Position numbers and translations under genes: made by a program. A stretch of 64,000 nt of DNA from Blepharisma stoltei ATCC 30299 (taxonomy: Eukaryota > Protista > Ciliophora), in NCBI GenBank assembly GCA_965603825.1, contig CBFDEM010000058.1, forward strand, positions 496,001-560,000, in the 5' to 3' direction. Under the pieces are notes generated by a model. It saw only the letters and a program-made list of their open reading frames with translations. It searched no databases and was not told the origin of the DNA. Shown here in pieces: positions 12,394 through 23,801 of the stretch (positions are counted from its first letter, which is position 1; the number at the start of each line of letters is the position of its first letter).

Positions 12394-13056
12394 ATGAGGA
12401 ATGAAAATCAAATGTAAACTATATGTAGCGACTACACAATGAAAATTTTGACAATTGGCGATTCATCTGTTGGTAAGACCTGCTTGATTTTGCGAAGCAT
12501 TGTATCTTTTATATAGGAAAATTGCTTTACACATGAGTTGCGAAGTACAATAGGAGTGGAATGTAAAAGCAAAATAATCGAAAGAGGCACAAAACGAATA
12601 AGTGTACAGCTGTGAGACACAGCTGGCCAAGAACGATACAGGCGAATTACAGCTAATTACTATAGAGGTTCTCATGGAGTTGCGATCGTATATGATGTTA
12701 CAAATAGAAAATCTTTCGAATTAGTCACTACTTGGATTGACGAGCTTAAAAAGCAGGCTTCACAAAATACAATAAATATTCTAGTTGCCAATAAAACCGA
12801 TATGCTAAATTTAAGAGTTGTACAAGAAGATGAAGGTAGGGAGCTTGCAAAACAGTGAAACTTGGATTATTTCGAAACATCAGCCAAGACTGGGGCTGGA
12901 GTAAACGAAGCTTTTAACTACTTAATTGACAAAATCTATGCAAGTATGGAGGTAAGTCCTCAATTTTTGAAAAAAACTAAAGAGAGCTTCTTATTGGCTA
13001 GTCAGAAAGGAAGCTTTGAATCCAAAAAAAGGTAAGATCTATAAAGATGTTGCTAA
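12394..13056 (+). CDS. Rab-family GTPase (Rab1/Rab8-like), three 15-nt introns, ~205 aa
   Basis: Missing from the ORF track. GDSSVGKT, STIGVE, W(TGA 12613)DTAGQERYR, YYRG, NKTD, ETSAK, C-terminal KKRCC. Introns 12414-12428, 12502-12516, 13032-13046. Confidence 0.93.
12414..12428 (+). other. 15-nt intron (Rab intron 1)
   Basis: GTAAACTATATGTAG; removes an in-frame TAA and joins MRNENQ to IDYTMKIL. Confidence 0.85.
12502..12516 (+). other. 15-nt intron (Rab intron 2)
   Basis: GTATCTTTTATATAG; in-frame TAG between the P-loop and switch I. Confidence 0.92.
13032..13046 (+). other. 15-nt intron (Rab intron 3)
   Basis: GTAAGATCTATAAAG; splicing yields a KKRCC-stop prenylation motif. Confidence 0.88.
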
Positions 13057-13239
13057 TAAAAATAAATCAAGTTCATTTATAAAAATTTGAGCCATTTTCG
13101 AAATAATTTTAAATAAAACAGTTAATTTAACTAAAACTAAAGCTTTATATAAAAGATTAGTCTAATGTTGATCGAATCGTAGAAAAGTATGCTTTAAGCT
13201 AGAGATTGCACACTATTATAAGGAGTTTAATGGTAATAA

Positions 13240-13956
13240 TTAACTGTTTTCTCTATTAAATGCCATTCTCGAAGACTTATTTTTGATTTTTACTTTTATT
13301 TTCTCAATTTTTTTGCTTTTTGCAGTTTTTTCAAGAGTCTCTTTTAATATAATATCAACTGGCTCACTCTGTGTTCTGCAATGATTGGCAGCTTTAGCTT
13401 GATCAAATAGTCAGTGCAAATTCGATTCTCCTTTACTACAGACCGTAATTAATGGGAAATTTGCAGCTGAGCCTGGCCGAGACTCATCTAAATGATTTCA
13501 GTTTTCATGAGCTACCGAATTTACATTAGAATTATTTGAAGCCATTCTTCTATTTGTGCCAATTTTACTAGTAGATAAATTTTCTTTTTTGATTTTTTCT
13601 GACTTGAAACCTCTCACATTCATTGAAGAGTCATTTTCATTTCTCAACGGAGAAGTTCTGGAATCAGGCCTATGATAAAACCTTCCAGGAGATAGCTGCT
13701 TTCTTGGCTTTATTTTTGTGCTTGCCAATAATATTGACTTTGAAAGTTTATCTTTTGCAATGTCTTTATAAATAAAATTGATATCAACTGACTGCATTAC
13801 TTCTAAGAGCTTATGTCTTGTATCTTTTAGTTTTGAAGGCTGTAGCCTGTATTGTTTAACTGGAAAATTATCAGTCCGGACAATTAAGTCATTGTGGTGA
13901 TTAGACTGACCAATTCCAGATTGCTTGTTATTTTCGATCTTGAAATTTTTAAACAT
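13240..13956 (-). CDS. Basic hypothetical protein, ~238 aa
   Basis: ORF 13498-13956 reads through two TGA codons to TAA 13240-13242; no recognised motif. Confidence 0.6.
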
Positions 13957-14034
13957 TTAATTTCCTTATATCTAATAGGAATGGCATTTTTTTAAGTATT
14001 GCAAATTTTAATTATTTAATCAGTATTTTTAATC

Positions 14035-15108
14035 ATGGTAACAATTTACTATAGAAGTTCGTGGAACCCTTGCTATATTCATGCCCCAGTTGGCGGACAC
14101 TGGAGTTCTCATCCAATGTCTGCGCATCCCGAACGTAGAAAATGGCTCACAATTACCATTGAAGATATTAAAGAATTCGTATTTACAAATGGAAATGAGA
14201 AATGAGATAACCCATCACCAGGCCAAAACTACAAAATTACTGGCCCTGGAGCTTATGCTGTTTTTCATGGAAAAATAATCGAAATCAAGCCAGCTAAGAG
14301 GCCAGTGCTTTTAATATCAGATTTAGATAATACATTGATAGGGAATTATCAACCTACAATAGAGGCTTTAGCAAGATTTAACGATTATTGGATCCAAAGC
14401 CACTATTTTACAGGCTCAAAACTTGTTTACAACACTGGCAGAAGCCTTGAAGAATTTTTAGCTCTATATGAGGAAGGATACCAAATTTTAGATCCAGATT
14501 TATTAGTTACAGCTGTAGGAAGTACTGTTTACACACTAAACTTTGATACAGGAGCTTACGAACTTAGAACGGATTATTATGATCTGTTCAATCAAGATCA
14601 TTGGGATTCCCATATCGTTGACAGAATGGTACAGCAAGAATTTCCATGACTGATTTTACCTGATAATTGTCACATTTATCCTTTTAAGATATGATTTACT
14701 GCAAAAACTAAAGATGTGAATAAATATTTAAAAGACTTGAAAGTGTTTTTAAGGAATCCAGAAAATATTGTGACTAATGGGAAAATAATAAAAGCAAAAA
14801 CCATTGTATCTGGAAGATATGATATGAGATATATTGATATAACTCCTTTGGAAGGAGGAAAAGGATTAGGGGTAACATATGCAAAAAGGCTATTCGGGTT
14901 TGATGATAAAGACACAATAGCAGTAGGAGATTCAGGAAATGATATAGGAATGATGAAGGGAGATCATTGGAGCATTATCGTGGCGAATTATGAAGATGAT
15001 TTAATTGAGTGGCTAAGGAAAAAAGAAAGAAAAAATATTTTAATTGCAGAGCACATGTTTGGAGATGCCGTGCAGGAATGCATAGAAAAAATTCATAACA
15101 CTTATTAG
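14035..15108 (+). CDS. CBM25/26-like starch-binding module + sucrose-phosphatase-like HAD-IIB hydrolase, ~357 aa
   Basis: Single frame from ATG 14035. N-terminus VTIYY..W..CYIH..GHW..PM..KW..EFVFTNGNEKWDN..GQNY; HAD motifs LISDLDNTL, YNTGRS, IDITP..GKG, AVGDSGND. Confidence 0.85.
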
Positions 15109-15378
15109 ATTCATTTCTTTATGTAGGATTTTAATTTATTTGAATGCAGCTAGAAATAAAACTTTTAAAACTTCAACTTTCAATTAAAATAGCCAGCTTC
15201 TATAATGGTTTATTGAAAAATTTCGATTTCATCATTTATTTAAATTAATATACCAACCTAAAACTATATTTTTTTGTCCAGCAGCATTTATCTTCTTTGC
15301 AATTTTATAAACAGAAATCCAAATAAGACTGAATATTTTATCATAAAATTTACCATTATAATCCTTAAATCCAGGAAT

Positions 15379-17037
15379 ATGTTCAGACGATTTTTCAGGC
15401 CAATCGCTTTAATCGGGTCTCTAGGCTACTTGAGCTCTCATCCAATTTTTTCACAAAGCGATGAAGAAAATGCAGTTAATTTGATGAAAAGAGTTATGTA
15501 CATGCCTTCATTTAGAGAAACACAAACAATTAACATTCCCAAGCCAACACTTGTTTACATTTACGATTCTAAATACCTGGAAAAGTCACAATTGGCCACA
15601 AAAATTGAAAAGAATTTGAAAAGAGCAGACGAGTATGGCTACTCTTTAGCTAAAAGATTCATCAGCAATGAAGAAGATCGAAAAGAATTTTGCAAAGAAT
15701 CTGGAATCAGTGAAGAAGAGTACACAGTAAGAATGGAGCATGAAGGAAACCTTTTCTTCATTAACAACGGCAGGAACTACAAGATTCCAATCGGTACAAA
15801 GCGCCAAGAAATTGATTCTTGGGTCGCAAAATGCCAAGAACCGATAATTAAGGTCAAGTCTATCTCAGAGTTTTACAAGCATGCAAGAAGCGTGATTTTT
15901 GATGAAAACAGTCATATAATTGTAGGATACAAATTGACTGATGAAGAAAGAAAAGTCCTTGAAAAAATGTCACAATATAAAATAAAAATTTCCTTTGTGG
16001 AAGCTTCTGATGACTTGGCAGAAAAATATGGACTTGAGCCTGGAATTTCGCTTTGCAGACCACACAGTAGGTTTGATGGAGAATTTGATACAGAAACGCA
16101 TAGAGCTTTGAAGTTTATTCCTATGAACAAGAAAGATCCATCCTTTGACGATCTTGATTTGTGGATCCAAAATAATAATACTACTAAAGTTTACTATTGT
16201 GATCAGTTTGAAAAAATATTTCCATTATTCCAAAAGACATATAGAGGGCCTTTAAAATGCATGTATGTACTGACATCTGGATTAAACCCTGATTCGAAAA
16301 AGTATATACAATTAGTAAAAGATCTTGCTGAGCTTGCTGACCAATATAAGGATTTATTTATTATAGCTATTATCCCTAAAGATGAACTTGCTAAAAAATT
16401 AGGCTGTCTTAGGAATGGAAGACTAAGAAGAATGAAAGAGCCAGAAATAAGATTCACTGACTTCAAAAAAATGATTTCGACCAAAGAAAATCCTGAAGGT
16501 GGTTTCCAAGTTGTAGACTGCACCAATCCTGACGCTAAATGTGCCGATCTCACAGATACACATTATACAGGGAAATATAATTTTCAAGGGCATGACTTTA
16601 GTAAAGAAAAACTAAAAGAATTTATTGAAAACAGCTTACAAGGGAAAAATGAACAGTATTATGAAGAAGAAAGTGTACCTTTAGCTGCAGTTAGAAAACT
16701 ATCCGCAGTTAATTTTAACAAAGAGGTAATTGACTCTGATAAAGATGTTATAATTGAGCTGTATGGAAAATATTGTCCGAGCTGCATTGCGTTTAAAGAA
16801 GAATTCAATCAATTAGCTAAAGAACTAAAACCACATAGTGATAAACTTTTAGTCGCAAAAGTCTGCATTGATCATAATTTTATACCTGAAATTTCTGATA
16901 AGAAAAAATATACGCCTATTTTTTGGTACTACAAAAAAGGAGATAAAGCAAACCCAATACAGCATAAAGGAAAAAGGGATGTGAAAGAAATTAAAGAATT
17001 TATCAAACAAAACGCTAGCTTTAATTTAGAGGAATAA
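15379..17037 (+). CDS. PDI-like multi-thioredoxin-fold protein with probable mitochondrial presequence, ~552 aa
   Basis: MFRRFFRPIALIGSLGY leader; C-terminal Trx domain NFNKEVIDSDKDVIIELYGKYCPSC..YYKKGDKANPI..GKRDVKEIKEFI. Confidence 0.75.
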   Translation: MFRRFFRPIALIGSLGYLSSHPIFSQSDEENAVNLMKRVMYMPSFRETQTINIPKPTLVYIYDSKYLEKSQLATKIEKNLKRADEYGYSLAKRFISNEEDRKEFCKESGISEEEYTVRMEHEGNLFFINNGRNYKIPIGTKRQEIDSWVAKCQEPIIKVKSISEFYKHARSVIFDENSHIIVGYKLTDEERKVLEKMSQYKIKISFVEASDDLAEKYGLEPGISLCRPHSRFDGEFDTETHRALKFIPMNKKDPSFDDLDLWIQNNNTTKVYYCDQFEKIFPLFQKTYRGPLKCMYVLTSGLNPDSKKYIQLVKDLAELADQYKDLFIIAIIPKDELAKKLGCLRNGRLRRMKEPEIRFTDFKKMISTKENPEGGFQVVDCTNPDAKCADLTDTHYTGKYNFQGHDFSKEKLKEFIENSLQGKNEQYYEEESVPLAAVRKLSAVNFNKEVIDSDKDVIIELYGKYCPSCIAFKEEFNQLAKELKPHSDKLLVAKVCIDHNFIPEISDKKKYTPIFWYYKKGDKANPIQHKGKRDVKEIKEFIKQNASFNLEE

Positions 17038-17069
17038 TTATTCATCAATTAAAAACTGTTTATTAATAT

Positions 17070-17780
17070 TTATAATAAAATAGGTTGTTGTACACGATTG
17101 ATATCTTTCTGCACAATTGAGCATTCAATTAAAAGCTCTCTAAAGCCGTTAGAAGAGCACAATTTTTTTATTGTTTTGTCTCGAAATGCACAAATAAATT
17201 GTTTTTTGGTGAATTTTTCATCCTCTTCGTTTTGGCATATTAAAAGGACTAAATATTGTCTCAATAAATCTTTTCCACTTATAATCTGTTTCAGATAGTT
17301 ATCCAATTGTTGATTGCTATCAGGATATAGAAATTGTGCAAATTTTATTATAGCTTCTGTAACTTCTATCATTTCATCAATCATATTTTCTTGATCCAAT
17401 GGATCAAATGATGAATTGCATCCTCTATTGAAATTTTCATATAAGATCTCTGCTTTTTTCTTTGTATTAATATTGGAGAGCCATGTTCCTAAGCACACCA
17501 ACGAAATAGCCTTGTATCCTACTACTCCAACTTTCAAAGATTTATAAAATTTATACAGCAGAGATTTCTTGTCTTTTAAAAAGCTATAATTAATTCCGAG
17601 GGATTTATAAGCATGCTTCAACTGCAAGTCGCTTAAGTAATTATCAAGAGCTTGACTATTAATTTCTTTATCATATGTGCTAGGATCTATATCTTGCAGC
17701 TCTAAAAATCGTTCAGCAGCACTCACAAGTTTTTCTTCTTCACTTATTCTTCCTATATTTACTCCATAAGAACAGCCCAT
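17070..17780 (-). CDS. N-acylated (MGC) helical protein, possible degenerate EF-hands, 236 aa
   Basis: Intact ORF; MGC myristoylation/palmitoylation-type start; KKKAEILYENF..F and FTKKQFI..F segments. Confidence 0.6.
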   Translation of the reverse strand: MGCSYGVNIGRISEEEKLVSAAERFLELQDIDPSTYDKEINSQALDNYLSDLQLKHAYKSLGINYSFLKDKKSLLYKFYKSLKVGVVGYKAISLVCLGTWLSNINTKKKAEILYENFNRGCNSSFDPLDQENMIDEMIEVTEAIIKFAQFLYPDSNQQLDNYLKQIISGKDLLRQYLVLLICQNEEDEKFTKKQFICAFRDKTIKKLCSSNGFRELLIECSIVQKDINRVQQPILL

Positions 17781-18098
17781 ATTAAAACTATTTTATCAAT
17801 GGAAACTGACTAAGGATTAAACTACTAGGCAGAAACTGCAAAATTAAAGGATAAATGCATCTTTAATTTTTCTTGATGTGCTAAATATATATTTAAAATA
17901 ATATCATCCTTTCATGAATTCATGAAGGCACTTCACGTGATAGTCATTTTAGCACTTAAAGATCTGAAATTATCGGAAGTTCATGCGCCAAAATTGAGTT
18001 TGCATGTGTAGTGCCTGCATGAAATCCATTCAAGACATGATAGCTCTTAAGCTTACCCATCCTTATGTTTATTAAATTAAATATTGATAATCAGATAA

Positions 18099-19748
18099 AT
18101 GGAAATAGAGAATACTTCATTTTTCCAAGGTCTTGACGATGACTTGCCTAAAAAGTCTTGGAATTTTAAAAACGAAAATGTCGATGGGAATTTTACATTC
18201 AAGCCCACAAAGCGTCCACACAAAGAGGTTTTGCTTAAAGAAACCAATATTTCTTTCAGTGACTTAAACCTTTCAAAGCCTCTGGTTAAAGCTTGCGAAG
18301 AAATCGGATTTAATTACCCCACAAAGATCCAAGAAGAAACAATTCCTATTGTTTTGAAAGGTAATGACGTTATGATCTGTGCTAAAACAGGCTCAGGCAA
18401 GACAGGCGCATTCTCTTTGCCAATAATTCATCGCATTTTATTCAGGAAAAAGCGAATCCAAGCCACACGATGCTTAATTTTGACTCCAACTCGTGAGCTG
18501 TCACAGCAGACCTATTCAATGGTCCAATCATATATAAAATACACAAGCTTGACCTGTAGCGTCTCTATGGGTGGCGCAAACTCAGCCAAAGAAGTAAGGC
18601 AAATCCAAAATGCCCCTGATATTCTAATAGGAACTCCTGGAAGAATTCTTGACCATATAAAAAACTCAAAAGATGTATCGTTTGACTATGTCGATTTTTT
18701 AGTATTAGATGAAGCTGACAGACTGCTAGAAATGGGATTTTTCCCAGCAGTAAAAGAAATTTTATCAGTGATCCCTGCTGAGAGGCAAACCATATTAGCT
18801 TCAGCCACATTAGGAAATGATATAAAAGAGCTTGCCCAACTCGCATTAAAAAGGCCTGTAAAAGTTGGAAAAGCTGGGATGCCGGAAGGCCTAAAACAAG
18901 TTATTATCAACATGGAGGATGACTGGAAACGGGAAACAATAGTAGTCTATCTATTAGCTTATCAAGTTAAGCAAGATGTTATTGTTTTTGTCAAAACAAA
19001 ATCTGATTGCCATAAGCTGTTTTTATACTTAAAACAGCTAAACTTTAAAGTTGGAGAAATCCATGGAGGAATGGATCAGCATCTAAGGCTGAGGTCATTA
19101 GAAAGCTTTCAGGCTGGAGAAACTGAAATTTTAATTGCAACTGATTTAGCTGCAAGAGGGCTAGACTTGGAAATTGACACTGTCATCAATATGCATATCC
19201 CTGATGATCCTAAAAGAATTTTACACAGAATTGGAAGAACAGCAAGAGCTGGAAAAGAAGGATTGAGCATAAGTTTATGCAATAAAGCAGAAAAAGCCCA
19301 GCTGAAAGAAGAAATCAAGCACAAATTCGTATATTTGTCAATTAATGTTGAAAGAATGCACAAAGTCCAAGCGAAAATAGATGATTTAGAAGAAAAAGTT
19401 AAGAAAATGATAGAGAAAGAAGCGATTGAAAAAGAAATTAAAGAGGTCGAAATCCAAGCGAATCGAGCCTCAAATATCATCCAGCATGCTGATGAAATCT
19501 ATAATCGGCCAAAAAAACAATGAATTAAGTCTGTTGACGAAAGAAGAGAAAAAGTCATAGAGCAAAAAGAGCAAAAAATGAAAGGAAAGACCAAAAAAGA
19601 CAGAAAAATTGAAGAAAGCATCATGAGGAGCAAACTAATGGTGCAAAATTACAAAATTGCAGCCAAAGGACTCAACAAGATAGGCAAAGCAATGGAAAAA
19701 ATGGCGAAAAAGAAAATGAAAAGGAACAGCAAAAAAAAGCAAAAGTAA
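18099..19748 (+). CDS. DDX27: DEAD-box RNA helicase DRS1/DDX27, ~549 aa
   Basis: Q motif F..L.LSKPL..GF.YPT.IQ, AKTGSGKT, PTREL, TPGR, LDEADR, SAT, ARGLD, HRIGRTARAG; DDX27-type tail IIQHADEIYNRPKKQW (W=TGA); stop TAA 19746-19748. Confidence 0.9.
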
Positions 19749-19821
19749 AGTAAAAATTTTAAAAATTAATATGGCATGGGTTAATAGACATACATTAATT
19801 TAGGTTAAAAATGAACTTTAC

Positions 19822-21162
19822 CTACTGAATATCTCTAACAGTTAACTCTTCGTGAGTTTGATTAATACTTATTCGTCTAAGCGCCAAAGGTCTTGTACCA
19901 GACTTTTCAAACGCCAATTCATCTGTAGATGTATTTAGCTCGCATTCTTCTGGAACCGAACAGTCTCTTTTGCATAAACAGCAAGTCTATATAAAACTTA
20001 CTCTATTTGCCTTAAATCACTCTTCTATACAGGTACCATGAAACAAATGTTTGCAATGAAGCCTCCTAACAACAGAAACTGCCCTAAAAGCTTCAAAACA
20101 TATAGCACAAGTAGTATCAAGACCCTTTTTATTTTTAATTTCTTGATATTTTATCGCTGGGTAATTTTTATTGATTAAATTTGACGCTAGCCCCGGCGAT
20201 TCCATCACAATCCTCGCCCTTTCTTTTTTATATCTTTTCCACACAATAAGAACAATAGCAGCCAAAAGAACTAAAAATCCTACCGATGAGACAATAATAT
20301 AAATCAAAATCAACTGATCTGTAGAGCTTGAGTCTTCTGTATACCAAACATCGTAGCTTATATAAGAGCTATCTTGTCTATTATTAATGAATAAGAAATA
20401 TAAATGATTCCCCATTCCGCTTGTGTCAATTGATCTCTTTTGTGTGAGACTTGACTTTAATAATGGGATCGACAAGTAATTGTTAGGGTTTTCGTTAGAA
20501 GGAAGCGAAGCTAGGCTATATAAAAATTACGTGTTTCCGTCAAAGTTTAGGATTGCTTTTCCGGGATAATTGTTCCAAATAAAATAAAAAATAATGTTGC
20601 CTGAGCTTACTGTATAGTTTTTACTGTTATCGAGGTTTATATATGCATAATCTTGTCCTGTCTGAGTATTTTCGATCTTTTGTGACTGCTTTGTAATTTC
20701 ATACGCATTTATATCGCAGCTTGGGCCAATAAAGCCTGAATTGCATTTGCATTTTCCTAAACTAATGCAATCCCCGTTATTGCTGCAGTCTTTGGGACAC
20801 AAAATATTATCACTAGCATCAATTCCAATGACATATTTCATCACTCCTTGTGAAGACTGGTCATTTCATACGCCTATTCAAGTCTGATCTCACAAATCAG
20901 CGCTCTGGAGAAATAAACTTTGGTAATTTAAACCTGAATAATAACTTTCATAATCCGCATATTTCGCCTTTACAGGGGTATTCGAGTCTCCGAAAGTTGG
21001 GTATGCGTTGCTGATTGCTAAAATAGGGAGAGCGCCCGATGGTTTCGATGTGATCTGGATTCATATCCTTAGATACTTTTGTGTATTTCCAGATGAATTG
21101 ATTTCGAAATAATTCCATTTGTCGGTCTGGCTGATTGTTTGAGTAGATCCGATTTCAATCGA
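19822..21162 (-). CDS. Type I membrane protein: signal peptide, EGF-like domain, TM helix, RING-H2 E3 ligase; introns 20516-20530, 19987-20001 (possibly 20610-20624)
   Basis: MVFLFIPILLLLT leader; CPKDCSNNGDCISLGKCKCNSGFIGPSC; TM ILIYIIVSSVGFLVLLAAIVLIVW; CAICFEAF..LHCKHLFHGTCIEEW..TCCLCK, completed only after splicing. Confidence 0.88.
19987..20001 (-). other. 15-nt intron inside RING-H2
   Basis: GTAAGTTTTATATAG; restores the last CxxC pair. Confidence 0.9.
20516..20530 (-). other. 15-nt intron
   Basis: GTAATTTTTATATAG; removes TAA and joins the EGF and TM/RING parts. Confidence 0.88.
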
Positions 21163-22337
21163 TGCTCCGAGTGTGTAATTAGTAGTAAGAAGCAATAATA
21201 TTGGAATGAAAAGAAACACCATTAATTATGATGAAATATCATAGATAACTTGTCTTATGATGAAAGAATGACATATTGAGAGTCATCTAAAATTATAATG
21301 GCTGAACAGATGATTCAAAAAAAATAACTCAATTCTGGATATATGTATTAAAGATCAATATTTTTATCCCTATATGTGGAGATATCTTAAAGGATTTTGA
21401 AGATGGATTAGGAGATTAAAAAGCTGAGGACTAAATGGATTATAGCTAAATAATGAAGCTAAAGTGGAATTTAAGAGAAGTACAAAAAATGAGCATCAAT
21501 TAAATTTAAATTAAAATCTTTCAAGATTTAATTATTTTAGCTAGTCTCATCAATTTGTTTATATTGATCAAAAATTGAAAATTAAAGTCTATTAATAACC
21601 GAATCAGACAGACATAAATATAAAGTTCATCCATTTTGTTTATTTATTTTCGATTCTTTTCGCTTAGGCTAAAAGCGATTATCATCATAATGCTAGGCTA
21701 CTACTCTTTTAACTTTGATCGAATCTTAACTACAAGAATAAAAGCCTTCTCCTCTTCAATAGCAGCTAGATTCATTAGTTTACCTAACTAACAGACCTTT
21801 CCCAATTGGATTACTTCCATAAAATTCATGGCTCTCTTAGCTACAATTTTAGACTTCATAGCTGAAAAAGGGATTTTTTATTTAAAAAGACGCGGATTTC
21901 ATTTAATTTACTTGAAGCCTTATAAATAATGGACTTTCGTATATAATTTCTATCTAGTATAATAAAAATTCTATACAAAAATATCAGCCAGCCAAAAATT
22001 ATATTTTTCATATATATAGTCACGGTTTTGGTGTCTTTCCTGTAAGGTGGCAAAGAAATAAGATCTATATTTATTGTTGCCATGATAGACTCTGTATGAG
22101 GAAATTGCACTCCCTCTAAAATTTATCACTTGAAAGTATTTTGATAAACTTCAAGCTATATTTGATTTAATTGTTCTTATAAACCAATTGACTTTTCTAA
22201 AAGCATTTGGCAAGAAAATACTGCCTCACATTAGTTAATCAGCAAACAACATAACTTTAGTTGATTATAGTAAAAATACAGTGTGGCCTTATTACTATTT
22301 TCTTCTTCATTTTCTCACTCTTTAATTATTTACTGGA

Positions 22338-23705
22338 ATGAAATGGTTGATCATTCTCTTATTTTTAAATTTCACTTACGCGATAGATGACTGTAAAGGC
22401 ACCTCAGATTGTGAATACCTAAATTTTTGCATATCCAATCAATGCATCCACAAAGGTATTTTGCCGATCGGAATAAATGATTTCGTAGGCTTTGTATTGA
22501 TAGCAATCATTAGCGCTCTTGCAAATGCAGCCGGAATAGGAGGTGGAATACTAAGTATCATGATTTTGCAAAGTATCATATATTTTGATACTTATTATGC
22601 GGTTCCTATGGCTCAAGTCATTAGCTTCGGCGGAAGCTTAATTTCAGTTTTGTTAAAATTGCGTTTAAGACATCCCACAAGAGACAGGCCTTTAATAGAC
22701 TATGAGCTTATCGTTTTTATTTTATCCCCTATTCTTGGGGGTACGACAATCGGGGTGATTTTGCATTTGATTTTTCCTAACTGGCTTACCATTACTTTAT
22801 TATCAGCTTTATCTGGGTATATGTGCTGAATAACGACTAAAAAAGGTATTTCAATGTTTAAAGGAGAAAATTCATATAAAAATCTGTCAAAAATTGAAAA
22901 CAAAAACGCTGTTGCATCAGAGAGTGATAGGGAAAGCGAAACAGATGTAAAATCAAGTGACACATCAAAAGAGTTAAGTATTGAGCATAATTATTTTTTA
23001 GAAGAAAAACAAATTATCCCATGGCGGCAAATAGCAAAAATTTTCTTTGTAATTGTAATAGTTCTCACTGGCTCGTTTATTAAAGGAGGAAAAGGAATTG
23101 ACTCCATTTTTGGCTTGAAACAGTGTAACCTGCTATATTGATGCTTTATGGCATTTTATTTGGCTATTTATTTGGCTATTTCTATATATTGCGGATGAAA
23201 ACTTATTGTCAAAACGGAAAGAAAAATCTCAGTCAATTATGATTTTGATGAAAATGATGTAAAATGAGAGTTAAAGAGCACGGTCAAAATTGGATCCATA
23301 GCATTTTTGGCAGGGATAGGTGCAGGATCCTTAGGTATTGGAGGAGGAATAATTATGAACCCAGTATTAATAGCGTTTGGAGTTAGACCTGAAGTCTCGA
23401 CTGCTTCTTCTTCATTTGTGATTCTATTTAGTTCATCTATTTCTGTAACTCAGTATGTTATTAGCGGTTTGATAGATTTTACATATGGAATTCCGTTATT
23501 CATCCTAGCTGTTTTAAGTTCTGGATTGGGAACCAGAGAAATTAAAAAGCAAGTTGAAAAATGAAAAAGGCCTTCCCTTATTGTTCTGCTGCTTGGATTT
23601 ATGACTTTTCTCTGCTGCGTTTGTATTTCATTGAATGGAATATTTACTACTGCAAAACAAATAAAAATTGGGGATTTCCAATATTGATTTTCCTCTTATT
23701 GCTAG
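22338..23705 (+). CDS. TauE/SafE (sulfite exporter) family membrane protein, ~455 aa
   Basis: Three ORFs in one frame via TGA; ANAAGIGGGI, RHP..DRPLIDY..P..LGGT.IG, AGSLGIGGGIIMNP..GVRPEVSTA; stop TAG 23703-23705. Confidence 0.9.
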
Positions 23706-23801
23706 ATTTCTTAAATAAACAATATAGAAATCAATAATAATGCTATTTTTCTTAAATATTAAATTTTGCATGATTTCAGTAATATCTAATTTCTTATCAA
23801 A

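Noticed and set aside
14081-14278. 65-aa plus-strand ORF before the HAD domain
   Set aside because: Wrong frame; the overlapping frame from ATG 14035 encodes the CBM-like module and is continuous with the HAD domain.
21856-22110. 84-aa minus-strand ORF in an AT-rich spacer
   Set aside because: GTG start, low-complexity I/K/F composition, no motif; likely spurious.
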